From a virus (taxonomy: Duplodnaviria; Caudoviricetes), in the IMG/VR virus record IMGVR_UViG_3300022853_000046, positions 1 to 38,153 of that record: a stretch of 38,153 bases of DNA; one strand, written 5' to 3'. The number at the start of each line of letters is the position of its first letter. Position 1 is the stretch's first letter. Below are positions 7,329 to 16,891 of the stretch, in pieces. The position numbers and the translations under genes were made by a program. The notes below the pieces were generated by a model. The model was not told the DNA's origin. It saw only the letters and a program-made list of their open reading frames with translations, and made no database searches.

Positions 7329-10094
7329 ATGATTTCATCAAAAACATCCAATGACTTGTTTAACAAAATAAGAAGCAAATTCAGCAACATACAGATAGGT
7401 GATGCTATGGGAGAAGCGTCAGCTGATCCTGGCGATGCTGTGTTTTTTGACTTTGATTTTCAGGAAGAAGGTGATTCATTTGGAAGAGTTTCTATCAGTT
7501 TAGCAGACGGTGAGAGTGTCAAAGTATTCTACAACCAAGGATTGATAGAAAAATTAGAAGAAGACGATAAAACAGAATGGTATGCTTTCCTTAAAGAATT
7601 AAAAGACTTTGCTGTAACACATCAATTGGGCTTCGATGTGCGAGATATTACTAAATCTAGCCTAACAAAACAGGATTTTAAGAATATTGCAGACACGAAT
7701 CAAACGGTAAATACAGCAGATATGTCAGAAGAACTTAATAGAATAGTTAAATTATCAGGTCTAGCAGAAGGGCTAACAGGCACTTCTAAAAGTTCATTTG
7801 AGAATTTAGATAAAACTCGATTGATTATCCGTCACTCCAAAGCAGTGGACGAGAACATACCTGGAGACAGAACAAGAAATATTAATTCTCTATACGTTGA
7901 AAATTCCGATGGTGAGAGATTCAAGTATCCACTAGTACACCTAGCAGGTGCAAGGGCCATGGCTCGACACGTTGCAAACGGTGGCGTACCACATGACGAT
8001 TTTGGTAAGCACATTGTGGGAGTGAGCGAACAAATTGCACAACTAAATTCATTTTCTAGATACACAGCCAACAAGGATCAGTTGAATGATTCAGCTGGTG
8101 ATATCATTGAAAAAGCAAAAATGAAATTAGAAACCATGAGAAAGTATGTTAAAGGACTTTCCAAACAAAAAAATTACGAAGCAATCAAAGAAACTTTCCA
8201 ACCTTCCGCAATAGCAGAACTGGATGATGCTACTAAAGATTCTTTGAGAGAAAAATTCACATTAAAACACATGGATGACAGAGTTGAATCTGCTCTACCA
8301 TTACTACACTCTATCATGCAAGAATTTGACAAACCAGAAGATGAGATACCAGATCCAGAAATGGATGCACCTATTTCAGCCAAGGATGCAGAGATTCCTG
8401 CTCCGGTAAATGCGGCACCTTTGGTACAGCAATATCTGTCTGATCCAGAAAACAAATTGGTACTTAGAAAAGATGATTCAGCAGATGCCATGTTGAAACG
8501 TACAAAATTCACAACAAAAAACGGAATGTTAAGTTCTATCTTAAGCGACATTGCTTCAAGAATGTTAACTAAAACTCCCGACCAAGACAGAGTAGCAAAC
8601 TTTGCTTCTCAAATAGCCAACGACATTGGCAGAGAAGGCACACCGTTCTTTGACGTTACAAAAGATTACATCGCAAATAAAAAAATTGCATTTCAATTGG
8701 CCAAACGATATGTGGACGACTATAAAAAAATTCAACAAGATCCAGAGTATGCAGGTCAAGTGAGACAGGATCCAGCAGAATTTGGCAACCCTAAAAAAGA
8801 CAGACAGGGCAAAGCCAAAGAAGATGTTGAAGCACAATTTGAATCATGGGCCGACAATATTGTAGATTCATCAGAACAACCGGTTGAAGAAAACACAGAT
8901 CAACCAATGATCATTGACGGCAAGGAAGTGGACGAATCCACCATCGAATACGACATGCAGGATTACGGAGATCTTATTGCTCCCATCTCTGACGCTAAAT
9001 TTATCGATGGCACAGACCTAACATCAGAACAGCAGGAAGAATTAGAAAATTCTACTTGGTACGCAGATTGGGTGATGATAGATTATAATAATAGTCGAGT
9101 AGAATCCGCAGAACAACCTGTGGAAGAAGACGCAGGCGACGACGCATTGGCACAGGAATTAGCAAAATATTTCCAAGGTATTGCGGATGGCTATCCTAAA
9201 GACCAGCACGGTGATCAGGAACACGAAGAAATGACTTCCATAGCGGATTCATTCAAGACTGATGGCCTACAGGCAGGCATGAATGACATAAACACATCAA
9301 GATTTGAATTTTCATCCAATCCTTTCGATCAGGATGGGTCAGGAGACATGGATGACGACATGATGATGTTGTTGAAAAAACACGGAGTATCCGCTAAAAT
9401 GAAAGGCGCCCTTGCATACCTAGTGAAAGGTTCAAAAGCAATCACCAATCCGGAAGAAGAAACAGCAACAGAAGGCAATGATTTTGCTCAAGCAGTCAAC
9501 AAGGCCAAAGCGGCTGGAATGCGACCAGGTGATAAGTTCACTGTAGGTGATACAGAATACACTCTTAAAGATGCTATCGAACGAGCAGGAATGCAATTAG
9601 AAACTTTCTTTAACGAAGACTCTGATGATTATCAAGGCTCTTTTGAATACGAATTCACAGGCGATGACGGCGAGACAGCCTATGGTAAGATACATTACAA
9701 AGCGGTAAATGGTCAAGTAGATCCAAACTCACTGCAGGGTGAATCAGAATACGAAGGCAATGCCAAAGTGGATGACGAGTATGCAACTTACGTGATACAA
9801 CCAGGAGGTGCGGAGCACGATGAAGCATTGCTGGCCGCACAGGAAGAGTACGATGCAATTGCAATGAAGATGCAGTCAAAATTCGAACAGCCCGAGTCAG
9901 AAGACAACAATGAACTGGACAGAATCAAAGAACTGTCTAACATTGGAAACGAAGACCATGCTCCAGACATGGTGATCAGAGATCCAGATGATGAAGCAGA
10001 TGACAAAGATCAGGAAATAGCGAAAGACCAAGCAGAAGCAGAGAAGATCAACACAGATTTAGATAGAATCAAACACCTAGCTAACATCCAGTAA
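7329..10094 (+). CDS. Large virion/head protein with a modular, highly acidic C-terminal half
   Basis: 921 aa; TAAATA at 7319; repeated motifs xEQPVEE and (E/D)LxRIxxL(S/A)x(L/I). Confidence 0.6.
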   Translation: MISSKTSNDLFNKIRSKFSNIQIGDAMGEASADPGDAVFFDFDFQEEGDSFGRVSISLADGESVKVFYNQGLIEKLEEDDKTEWYAFLKELKDFAVTHQLGFDVRDITKSSLTKQDFKNIADTNQTVNTADMSEELNRIVKLSGLAEGLTGTSKSSFENLDKTRLIIRHSKAVDENIPGDRTRNINSLYVENSDGERFKYPLVHLAGARAMARHVANGGVPHDDFGKHIVGVSEQIAQLNSFSRYTANKDQLNDSAGDIIEKAKMKLETMRKYVKGLSKQKNYEAIKETFQPSAIAELDDATKDSLREKFTLKHMDDRVESALPLLHSIMQEFDKPEDEIPDPEMDAPISAKDAEIPAPVNAAPLVQQYLSDPENKLVLRKDDSADAMLKRTKFTTKNGMLSSILSDIASRMLTKTPDQDRVANFASQIANDIGREGTPFFDVTKDYIANKKIAFQLAKRYVDDYKKIQQDPEYAGQVRQDPAEFGNPKKDRQGKAKEDVEAQFESWADNIVDSSEQPVEENTDQPMIIDGKEVDESTIEYDMQDYGDLIAPISDAKFIDGTDLTSEQQEELENSTWYADWVMIDYNNSRVESAEQPVEEDAGDDALAQELAKYFQGIADGYPKDQHGDQEHEEMTSIADSFKTDGLQAGMNDINTSRFEFSSNPFDQDGSGDMDDDMMMLLKKHGVSAKMKGALAYLVKGSKAITNPEEETATEGNDFAQAVNKAKAAGMRPGDKFTVGDTEYTLKDAIERAGMQLETFFNEDSDDYQGSFEYEFTGDDGETAYGKIHYKAVNGQVDPNSLQGESEYEGNAKVDDEYATYVIQPGGAEHDEALLAAQEEYDAIAMKMQSKFEQPESEDNNELDRIKELSNIGNEDHAPDMVIRDPDDEADDKDQEIAKDQAEAEKINTDLDRIKHLANIQ

Positions 10095-10109
10095 TAAAAC
10101 TCCACATTA

Positions 10110-10751
10110 ATGTCCATACATCTTGTAACTTCCGCAGATTGGAATTACAGACACTACGTGACCGCCCTGTTACAATCCTTAAAAAATAATTTTGATTGCA
10201 AGAGTGTTATAGCCATAGGACCAGGTGCATGGGAAGAATTCTTTAAAGGACAAGACATACAGATCATACCACAACCTATAGAAGACACCCTTGATTACAC
10301 AACATTTTGTCAGACTATCAGACTAAGACACATACACACATTAATAAAAGGCCACGACAGTGTGCTGTTACAGGACGCTGACACTCGCCAGAATCAACCT
10401 TTTAATTTGTCATCTAAAAATTCTGTGTTGGGTATCTGGAGACACACACATAAAAAAGAGAAGTTCAAAATGTTGGCCGCTTCTGTGCTGTTTAATAATA
10501 ACCCTGACACTGTTAATACTCTAAAAGAGATTGCTGATCTACAACGAGCAGGAGGATATGAGAATGGATGGGATCAACTGATACTGTATCGTAAATTTGG
10601 TAAATCTGGTGATAATTTTCCAAACACCTGGATGGACCATGGCGATAATGCACAGCACAAACCTAATTTTGATCCAAATGCTGTGTGGTGGCACGTTAAG
10701 AACATCAACCGTAAAGAAAAAACCAAACATTGGTGGTTTGATAAATTTTAA
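10110..10751 (+). CDS. Putative GT-A fold nucleotide-diphospho-sugar transferase
   Basis: VTSAD..Y N-terminus, DxD motif LLQDADT, GWDQLIL, WHVK. Confidence 0.5.
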   Translation: MSIHLVTSADWNYRHYVTALLQSLKNNFDCKSVIAIGPGAWEEFFKGQDIQIIPQPIEDTLDYTTFCQTIRLRHIHTLIKGHDSVLLQDADTRQNQPFNLSSKNSVLGIWRHTHKKEKFKMLAASVLFNNNPDTVNTLKEIADLQRAGGYENGWDQLILYRKFGKSGDNFPNTWMDHGDNAQHKPNFDPNAVWWHVKNINRKEKTKHWWFDKF

Positions 10752-10759
10752 TATTTCAT

Positions 10760-10788
10760 TTGACATAAGATAAATAAGTGTGTATATT
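10760..10788 (+). promoter_or_regulatory. Sigma70-type promoter for ssb, with a nested TAAATA
   Basis: TTGACA (10760-10765), 17 nt, TATATT (10783-10788); TAAATA at 10771-10776; SD AAGGAGG at 10849-10855. Confidence 0.75.
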
Positions 10789-10863
10789 ATGTACTATATG
10801 TCTAATATACATTTAGGCAGACAAACAAACAACTAAACATAGGCAAACAAGGAGGCTTACATT

Positions 10864-11871
10864 ATGGCAACACTAGCAGAGATAAGAGCGAAGTTAAAAT
10901 CTACAGAGGTGAATCGCTCCACTTCTAACACAGGCGGAGACAACGCCATCTACCCACATTGGAACATACAAGAAGGACAGGAAGCAGTAGTACGTTTCTT
11001 ACCTGACAAAGATCCAAACAACACTTTTTTCTGGACAGAGAGAGCAATGATCAAATTGCCTTTCGCTGGAATTAAAGGACAGGCAGATTCAAGACCAGTG
11101 CAGGTACAAGTACCGTGTATGGAAATGTACGGAAAAACTTGTCCAGTACTGACTGAAGTAAGACCGTGGTTCAAAGACAAGTCGATGGAAGACATGGGCA
11201 GAAAATATTGGAAAAAGAAATCATACATCTTTCAAGGTTTTGTTCTAAACAATCCACTGGCTGAAGAATCACCAGAGAATCCAATTAGAAGATTTATTAT
11301 TGGACCTCAAATCTTCAACATCATTAGATCAGCATTAATGGATCCAGAAATGGAAGAATTACCAACTGATTCGGTGAGAGGTGTGGATTTCAGAATAACT
11401 AAAACCTCAAAAGGTGGTTATGCTGACTATTCAACTTCCAAATGGTCAAGAAGAGAAAGAGCTTTAGACGAAGCGGAAAGAGCGGCAATTGATAAACACA
11501 GTTTGCATAATCTTAACGACTTTAGACCTAAAGAACCAACAGATGCAGAAGTAAAAATAATCAAAGAATTATTTGAAAAATCTGTTGAAGGTGAAGCATA
11601 TGATTTGGAAAAATACGGACAGTATTACAAACCAGCAGGTATGTTTTATCAACCATCAGCATCTACTAACAGTTCACCCGCAAGTGCATCTAATACAACA
11701 GCGGCTCCTGTAGCACCAGCTACCGCGGCTACTGTAGCACCAGCAGTGAACACAGAAACTACAGCAACACCAGCACCAGCGCCAGCAGAGGCAACTACTG
11801 CACCAGCAGGTGACAGTGCTAAAAGAGCTGAAGATATTCTGAAACTCATTAGATCAAGACAAAGCAAATAA
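10864..11871 (+). CDS. Single-stranded DNA-binding protein (T4 gp32-like)
   Basis: AVVRFLP, CMEMYGKTCPV, WKKKSYI, GVDFRITKTSKGGYADYSTSKW; Ala/Pro/Thr linker near the C-terminus; strong SD. Confidence 0.88.
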   Translation: MATLAEIRAKLKSTEVNRSTSNTGGDNAIYPHWNIQEGQEAVVRFLPDKDPNNTFFWTERAMIKLPFAGIKGQADSRPVQVQVPCMEMYGKTCPVLTEVRPWFKDKSMEDMGRKYWKKKSYIFQGFVLNNPLAEESPENPIRRFIIGPQIFNIIRSALMDPEMEELPTDSVRGVDFRITKTSKGGYADYSTSKWSRRERALDEAERAAIDKHSLHNLNDFRPKEPTDAEVKIIKELFEKSVEGEAYDLEKYGQYYKPAGMFYQPSASTNSSPASASNTTAAPVAPATAATVAPAVNTETTATPAPAPAEATTAPAGDSAKRAEDILKLIRSRQSK

Positions 11872-11880
11872 AAACCCTTT

Positions 11881-11918
11881 ACCAAGTAGTCATTCTATTG
11901 ACAGGGTGACTACTTGGT
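11881..11918. repeat. Perfect 12-bp inverted repeat (hairpin/operator) between ssb and uvsX
   Basis: ACCAAGTAGTCA (11881-11892) / TGACTACTTGGT (11907-11918), enclosing a TTGACA box. Confidence 0.9.
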
Positions 11919-11926
11919 GCTAATAT
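11898..11926 (+). promoter_or_regulatory. Sigma70-type promoter for uvsX
   Basis: TTGACA (11898-11903), 17 nt, TAATAT (11921-11926) preceded by TGc; ATG 9 nt downstream, no SD. Confidence 0.7.
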
Positions 11927-11935
11927 ATACACATT

Positions 11936-13009
11936 ATGACAAAACCATTTGATATATCAAAATTTAGAAAAAGTATTACAAAATCAATCCAAGGCTTAGG
12001 TTTAGGATTCAACGATCCCACAGATTGGATCAGTACAGGCAACTTTGCACTGAACTATCTTATTTCAGGAGACTTCAACAAGGGTATTCCACTAGGCAAA
12101 GTATCAGTCCTAGCAGGTGAATCTGGAGCAGGTAAATCTTATATTGCATCAGGTAATATTATTAAGAATGCTCAAGAACAAGGTATCTATGTGATACTGA
12201 TTGACACAGAGAATGCACTGGACGAAAAATGGTTGCAGGCATTAAAAGTAGATACATCAGAAGATAAGTTGTTAAAACTTAACATGTCTATGATCGATGA
12301 TGTAGCAAAGACTATGTCAGAGTTTATGAAAGGTTACAAGGAAGCACACGCAGACGACAAAGAAAATGCTCCAAAAGTATTATTTGTAATTGATTCATTG
12401 GGCATGATGCTTACACCTACAGATGTAAATCAATTTGAAGCAGGAGACATGAAAGGTGACATGGGTAGAAAACCTAAAGCACTAACTTCATTGGTCCGTA
12501 ACACTGTGAACATGTTTGGATCATATAATGTAGGGTTGATAGCAACCAATCACACATACGCATCTCAAGATATGTTTGATCCGGATGACAAGATATCAGG
12601 CGGACAAGGCTTCATCTATGCAAGTTCTATTGTGATTGCAATGAAGAAATTGAAATTAAAAGAGGACGAAGATGGCAACAAAGTAACTGACGTGAGAGGT
12701 ATTAGAGCCGCTTGTAAAGTTATGAAAACTCGTTATGCCAAACCTTTTGAATCAGTACAGGTTAAGATTCCGTACGAGACTGGAATGAATCCATATAGCG
12801 GACTTGTAGAACTGTTTGAGAAAAAAGGTCTGTTGAAACAAACAGGTAATAGATTAAAATATGTAGACTCTAAAGGCAAAGAAATCGTAGAGTTCCGAAA
12901 AAATTGGACTGGAGATAAATTAGACATAGTTATGGCAGAATTCCATGACGTTGCTAACAAAAAACCAGTAGACGAAAAGGAAATTGAGAAAGATGGAGTC
13001 GATGAATAA
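11936..13009 (+). CDS. uvsX: RecA/UvsX recombinase
   Basis: ISTGNFALN, Walker A GESGAGKS, IDTENALD, VIDSLG, ISGGQG, KTRY. Confidence 0.93.
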   Translation: MTKPFDISKFRKSITKSIQGLGLGFNDPTDWISTGNFALNYLISGDFNKGIPLGKVSVLAGESGAGKSYIASGNIIKNAQEQGIYVILIDTENALDEKWLQALKVDTSEDKLLKLNMSMIDDVAKTMSEFMKGYKEAHADDKENAPKVLFVIDSLGMMLTPTDVNQFEAGDMKGDMGRKPKALTSLVRNTVNMFGSYNVGLIATNHTYASQDMFDPDDKISGGQGFIYASSIVIAMKKLKLKEDEDGNKVTDVRGIRAACKVMKTRYAKPFESVQVKIPYETGMNPYSGLVELFEKKGLLKQTGNRLKYVDSKGKEIVEFRKNWTGDKLDIVMAEFHDVANKKPVDEKEIEKDGVDE

Positions 13010-13235
13010 AGAGCAAATAGAAGAAATTTGGATTACAGTTTCAAACTATCTGCCAGAGAGAATGAAAGTGGATTGTGCTGTGGACTATGTTAAAACACTG
13101 GTTGACATGGACGTTGATCCAGAGGTAATTAAATCGTCAGGTGAATTTGATGAAAAATTACAACAGGCCATAGAAGCAGTTCTAGCCGAAGATGAAGACG
13201 AAGAAACAGCTAACAAATACTACGAGGAAGAATGA
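13002..13235 (+). CDS. Small acidic hypothetical protein
   Basis: Fills the uvsX-uvsY gap with overlaps; start probably ATG 13002 (or 12993) rather than TTG 12984. Confidence 0.6.
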   Translation: MNKEQIEEIWITVSNYLPERMKVDCAVDYVKTLVDMDVDPEVIKSSGEFDEKLQQAIEAVLAEDEDEETANKYYEEE

Positions 13236-13690
13236 GTTGGTACTCCACAGTAAGTTTAAGCATCGCTAAAATACCAGAGTGTATACAACACTATACTGTT
13301 GAGTTAGATCAAGCTAAAAAAGAAATTGGTATATGGGGCAATCTCGAAAAGAACAGTGCCGCAATGCCAGGACAAGTGGAACACCGTTTCAATCAATTAC
13401 AAGAAATAGAAGCTATATTAGAATATCTCCACATAGAAAAGAGACGATTACGGTCTCAAGTATTTAAAAAATTTTTAGAGAACTACCAAAGAGCATTATC
13501 ATCTAGAGATGTAGAGAAATATGTGGACGGCGAAGCAGATGTTGTTGACATGGAAAAAATTGTAAATGAATTTGCTCTACTACGAAATAAATGGCTAGGT
13601 ATTCTAAAAGGATTAGATCAAAAGCAATGGCAACTTACCAACATCGTTAAATTGAGAGTGGCGGGGATGGAAGATGCGTCCATTAGATAG
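13232..13690 (+). CDS. uvsY: Recombination mediator UvsY
   Basis: Helical 152 aa; LSSRDVEKYVDGEAD...LKGLDQKQWQLTNIVKLRVAG fits the UvsY C-terminus; next to uvsX. Confidence 0.78.
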   Translation: MSWYSTVSLSIAKIPECIQHYTVELDQAKKEIGIWGNLEKNSAAMPGQVEHRFNQLQEIEAILEYLHIEKRRLRSQVFKKFLENYQRALSSRDVEKYVDGEADVVDMEKIVNEFALLRNKWLGILKGLDQKQWQLTNIVKLRVAGMEDASIR

Positions 13691-14270
13691 AAGAATCATA
13701 CTCACAGACGTAGACGGTGTACTCCTGGAATGGGAAGAACATTTTGCCAAGTGGATGGCTGGCAAAGGCTATAAACAAAAACCTGGCAAACAAAATCTTT
13801 ACTCCATGGAAAAAAGATACGGGTTACACAAAAATGTTAAAGAATCACTTATAAAAGAATTTAACAACTCAGCATGGATGAGCAACCAAGATCCCATGAC
13901 GGAATCTCAGACCTGGGTCAAACTGTTACACGCAGAAGGATGGACTTTTATCCCTATCACATCACAGACCACAGACAGACCCGCACAGGAGTTAAGGAAA
14001 ACAAGGTTGCGAGAACTGTTTGGAGGTACTGTGTTTGAAAACTTTATTATTCTAGAAACCGGTGCTGACAAAGATTCTGCTCTAGCAGAGTTCCATGGCA
14101 CGAATTTATGGTGGGTGGAAGACAAACCAGAGAATGCACTGCTGGGATTGGACTATGGATTACGGCCATTACTGGTGGATCACAGTTACAATCGTAGATT
14201 TAAACACAGAGAAATTACAAGAGTAAAGAACTGGAAACATATATACAAAGTAATCAACGGAAGAGTATAA
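13674..14270 (+). CDS. HAD-family 5'(3')-deoxyribonucleotidase (T4 30.2-like)
   Basis: Motif I LTDVDGVLLEW, ITS, WVEDKPENA, HSYN, RVKNW. Confidence 0.82.
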   Translation: MRPLDRRIILTDVDGVLLEWEEHFAKWMAGKGYKQKPGKQNLYSMEKRYGLHKNVKESLIKEFNNSAWMSNQDPMTESQTWVKLLHAEGWTFIPITSQTTDRPAQELRKTRLRELFGGTVFENFIILETGADKDSALAEFHGTNLWWVEDKPENALLGLDYGLRPLLVDHSYNRRFKHREITRVKNWKHIYKVINGRV

Positions 14271-14271
14271 C

Positions 14272-14955
14272 ATGAGCTTAAAAGTATATGTAGGATGGGA
14301 TCCAAGAGAAGACATATCATATCAGGTATGTGAACATTCTATTAAACGCAGAGATCCTAATTCAGAAGTAGTTCCACTTAAACAAAAAGATATGCGAGCC
14401 GATGGTATGTATCGCAGAGACATTGATAAACAAGCCACAACAGAATTTACATTTACTCGTTTTTTTGTACCCTATCTAAATGATTATAAAGGATGGGCAG
14501 TGTTCTGTGACTGCGACTTTGTTTGGAAAGTTCCCACCACAGAACTAGAACAATACTGCGATGATTCTAAAGCAGTGGTATGTGTGCAACACGACTACAC
14601 TCCCAAAGAAGGCGATATTAAAATGGACGGACAGGTGCAGACTGTGTATCCAAGAAAGAACTGGTCATCAATGGTACTGTGGAATTGTGCTCATCCTAAA
14701 AATAAAATACTCACACCAGAATTGTTAAACAAAGAAACTCCGCAATTCCTACACAGATTTAGTTGGTTGGAGGACGAGGACATTGGTTCCCTGCCACATG
14801 AATACAACTGGTTGGTAGGCTGGTACAAAGAGCCCAAAGATGGGGCACCTAAAATTCTACACTACACAGAAGGCGGTCCATGGTTTGATGGGTATAGAGA
14901 TTGTGAGTATGCTGATGTGTGGAAAAAAGAAGTTATTAATCTTTTTTCGAGTTAA
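14272..14955 (+). CDS. GT-A glycosyltransferase (GT8-related)
   Basis: VYVGWDPRE, TEFTFTRFFVPYL, DCDF (DxD), YPRKNWSS, LHYTEGGPW. Confidence 0.8.
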   Translation: MSLKVYVGWDPREDISYQVCEHSIKRRDPNSEVVPLKQKDMRADGMYRRDIDKQATTEFTFTRFFVPYLNDYKGWAVFCDCDFVWKVPTTELEQYCDDSKAVVCVQHDYTPKEGDIKMDGQVQTVYPRKNWSSMVLWNCAHPKNKILTPELLNKETPQFLHRFSWLEDEDIGSLPHEYNWLVGWYKEPKDGAPKILHYTEGGPWFDGYRDCEYADVWKKEVINLFSS

Positions 14956-14992
14956 ACTCGTTAATAATTTTTTACTAATTTAATTTAAGATA

Positions 14993-15997
14993 TTATATTA
15001 ACTTATCTTTCCACGTTTTTGGAGTATGCTCATTGATAATTTCTAGAGGTAAATGATATTGAAACTTTTTTGTGCCTCTGGTTCTAATGTATTCAGCAGT
15101 TTTTTTCACTGCTTGTCGCATATTAGTCGTGGTCTTGTAACCCAACAACTGTCTAGCTTTGTCTGACGAACAGGTTGCTAGTTTAACTTCTTTGGGTCTG
15201 TCTTTATGATGTATTGGATCTAGATTAATTCCTGTTTCGTTAGCACAGGCTTCTGCTAGTTCGTTTATGGTAACAGGTTCTTCGTCTGGACCAATGTTAA
15301 CTGTTTCGCCTATTACATTGTCTTGGAAAGCCAGAGCATTCAAACAATACAGACAATCGTCAATATAACTGAAACATCTTTTTTGCTTGCCATCTCCGTA
15401 GATGATAGGCTGTTTGCCTTGTAGCATTCTATTCAACATGATAGACATCACGTTCCTAAATGGATCGTCGTATTTCTGTCTTGGCCCAACAATATTGTGT
15501 GGCACAGCAATAACATATTCTACTCCATGTGTCTCACACAAATTTCTTAGAACATCCTCCCCAGCTTTCTTTGCAATACCGTAAGGATCTTGCGGACGAC
15601 ATTCGTAGGTTTCTTGGTACGGCATTTCTTCATGATGTCCGTATCTTGCCATTGACGAGCAGTACACAATACGTTTAACTTTGTTTCGTATGGCCGCTGT
15701 AATGGTTGTAACAGATGCTTCAAAAATATTTCTTGTGACTAGCACTGGTGAAAAAACAGATAGTCCTTCGTATGCAGTGGCCGCACAATGATACACAATG
15801 TCACAGCCTTCCATTGCTTTGGTTAAATTTTCTAGATCACAGCAGTCTACTTGATGAAACTCTACATCCTGTGGTATATTATCTGTGTAGCCACCGATCA
15901 TATTGTCATTACCCGCAACTGTGTGTCCACCAGCCAACATTAAATCAGCAAGATGTGAGCCTAAAAATCCGGCCACTCCTGTTATAAAAATTTTCAT
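14993..15997 (-). CDS. NAD-dependent nucleotide-sugar epimerase/dehydratase (extended SDR)
   Basis: ITGVAGFLGS (GxxGxxG), HCAA, SSMARYG, YGIAK (YxxxK), HNIVGPRQ, YGDGKQKRCF. Confidence 0.92.
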   Translation of the reverse strand: MKIFITGVAGFLGSHLADLMLAGGHTVAGNDNMIGGYTDNIPQDVEFHQVDCCDLENLTKAMEGCDIVYHCAATAYEGLSVFSPVLVTRNIFEASVTTITAAIRNKVKRIVYCSSMARYGHHEEMPYQETYECRPQDPYGIAKKAGEDVLRNLCETHGVEYVIAVPHNIVGPRQKYDDPFRNVMSIMLNRMLQGKQPIIYGDGKQKRCFSYIDDCLYCLNALAFQDNVIGETVNIGPDEEPVTINELAEACANETGINLDPIHHKDRPKEVKLATCSSDKARQLLGYKTTTNMRQAVKKTAEYIRTRGTKKFQYHLPLEIINEHTPKTWKDKLI

Positions 15998-16004
15998 ATA
16001 CGAG

Positions 16005-16010
16005 TATTTA
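16005..16010 (-). promoter_or_regulatory. Late promoter core TAAATA for the SDR epimerase
   Basis: TATTTA on + strand = TAAATA on - strand, 7 nt before ATG at 15997. Confidence 0.65.
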
Positions 16011-16016
16011 CTATGT

Positions 16017-16829
16017 TCATATTATGCCTATATCTTTCATTATACCCACAGCAGTACCGTTGGCAAATTCTTGTGGTGTAAACTGTTGATAGGCCAGACT
16101 GTTCAACCAACGTGAAGGATCGGTATAAAAAGGATTTTCAATCTCTGACAGATCCGTTGATCCCATAACCTTAGCAAAACTTTTGTAATGACAGAAAACA
16201 GGCACTCCGTTCACTGCGGCTTCCACGGCACTGATGGAGCAACTGGTAACACATGCCCAGGCATTTTCCAAATCCTCTTCTATGGATATATTTGCTACGG
16301 ACGGGCCAGATGTGCCATTGCCTCTGGGTTTTTTCCTTATTCGTATTGGCCTGTCTGTGTGTCTTTCAATATCTGTTATGGTGTTTACCAACCAATTAGT
16401 CTCATGTAGATAATTGTCCACCCCTGCCGAACTAGGACAGATTAAAATATACTCTCCTTTGTAATTAGGACGCTGTTTGATATCAATATTAAATCGTTTA
16501 AATCTATCTTCGGGGCAATCTTTTATGAACTGTGCGTGTATCCTGTTCTTACAAATACGCCAAAAATGATTGGTGTCTGTGAGGTCTGCATTGTTAAATC
16601 TTCCAAAATATGGAGTGTCTGTAAAATAATAATCCTGCTGTGCTAGTTCCAACTGGTGTATCAGTCGAGTGTTGTTGTTGACAAATCCCCAAAACATTGC
16701 AGGGGTGGTTGCTTCAGACGCACTGTTGTCTGCAACTGTTACTGCTTCTGGCCACGACTGTTTAATACCATCAAACACTCTCCAGCACTTGCTCTGTGGT
16801 TTATCTGTGGGTGCGTATATGGTTAACAT
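16017..16829 (-). CDS. KpsS/capsule-biosynthesis-like GT-B protein, paralog A
   Basis: IRIRKKP...AWACVTSCS..AVEA..NGVPVFC...IENP...LAYQQFT..E..NG, shared with three neighbours. Confidence 0.6.
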   Translation of the reverse strand: MLTIYAPTDKPQSKCWRVFDGIKQSWPEAVTVADNSASEATTPAMFWGFVNNNTRLIHQLELAQQDYYFTDTPYFGRFNNADLTDTNHFWRICKNRIHAQFIKDCPEDRFKRFNIDIKQRPNYKGEYILICPSSAGVDNYLHETNWLVNTITDIERHTDRPIRIRKKPRGNGTSGPSVANISIEEDLENAWACVTSCSISAVEAAVNGVPVFCHYKSFAKVMGSTDLSEIENPFYTDPSRWLNSLAYQQFTPQEFANGTAVGIMKDIGII

Positions 16830-16834
16830 AAAGT

Positions 16835-16863
16835 TTGAATATACTGTTATTTTATAGTATAAT
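16835..16863 (+). promoter_or_regulatory. Sigma70-type promoter for paralog B operon
   Basis: TTGAAT (16835-16840), 17 nt, TATAAT (16858-16863) in the divergent intergenic region. Confidence 0.65.
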
Positions 16864-16891
16864 TATAAGAAATACAATAACAAAATAGAAA

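Noticed and set aside
14956-14992. Bidirectional intrinsic terminator between convergent genes
   Set aside because: The gap is almost purely A/T with no convincing GC stem.
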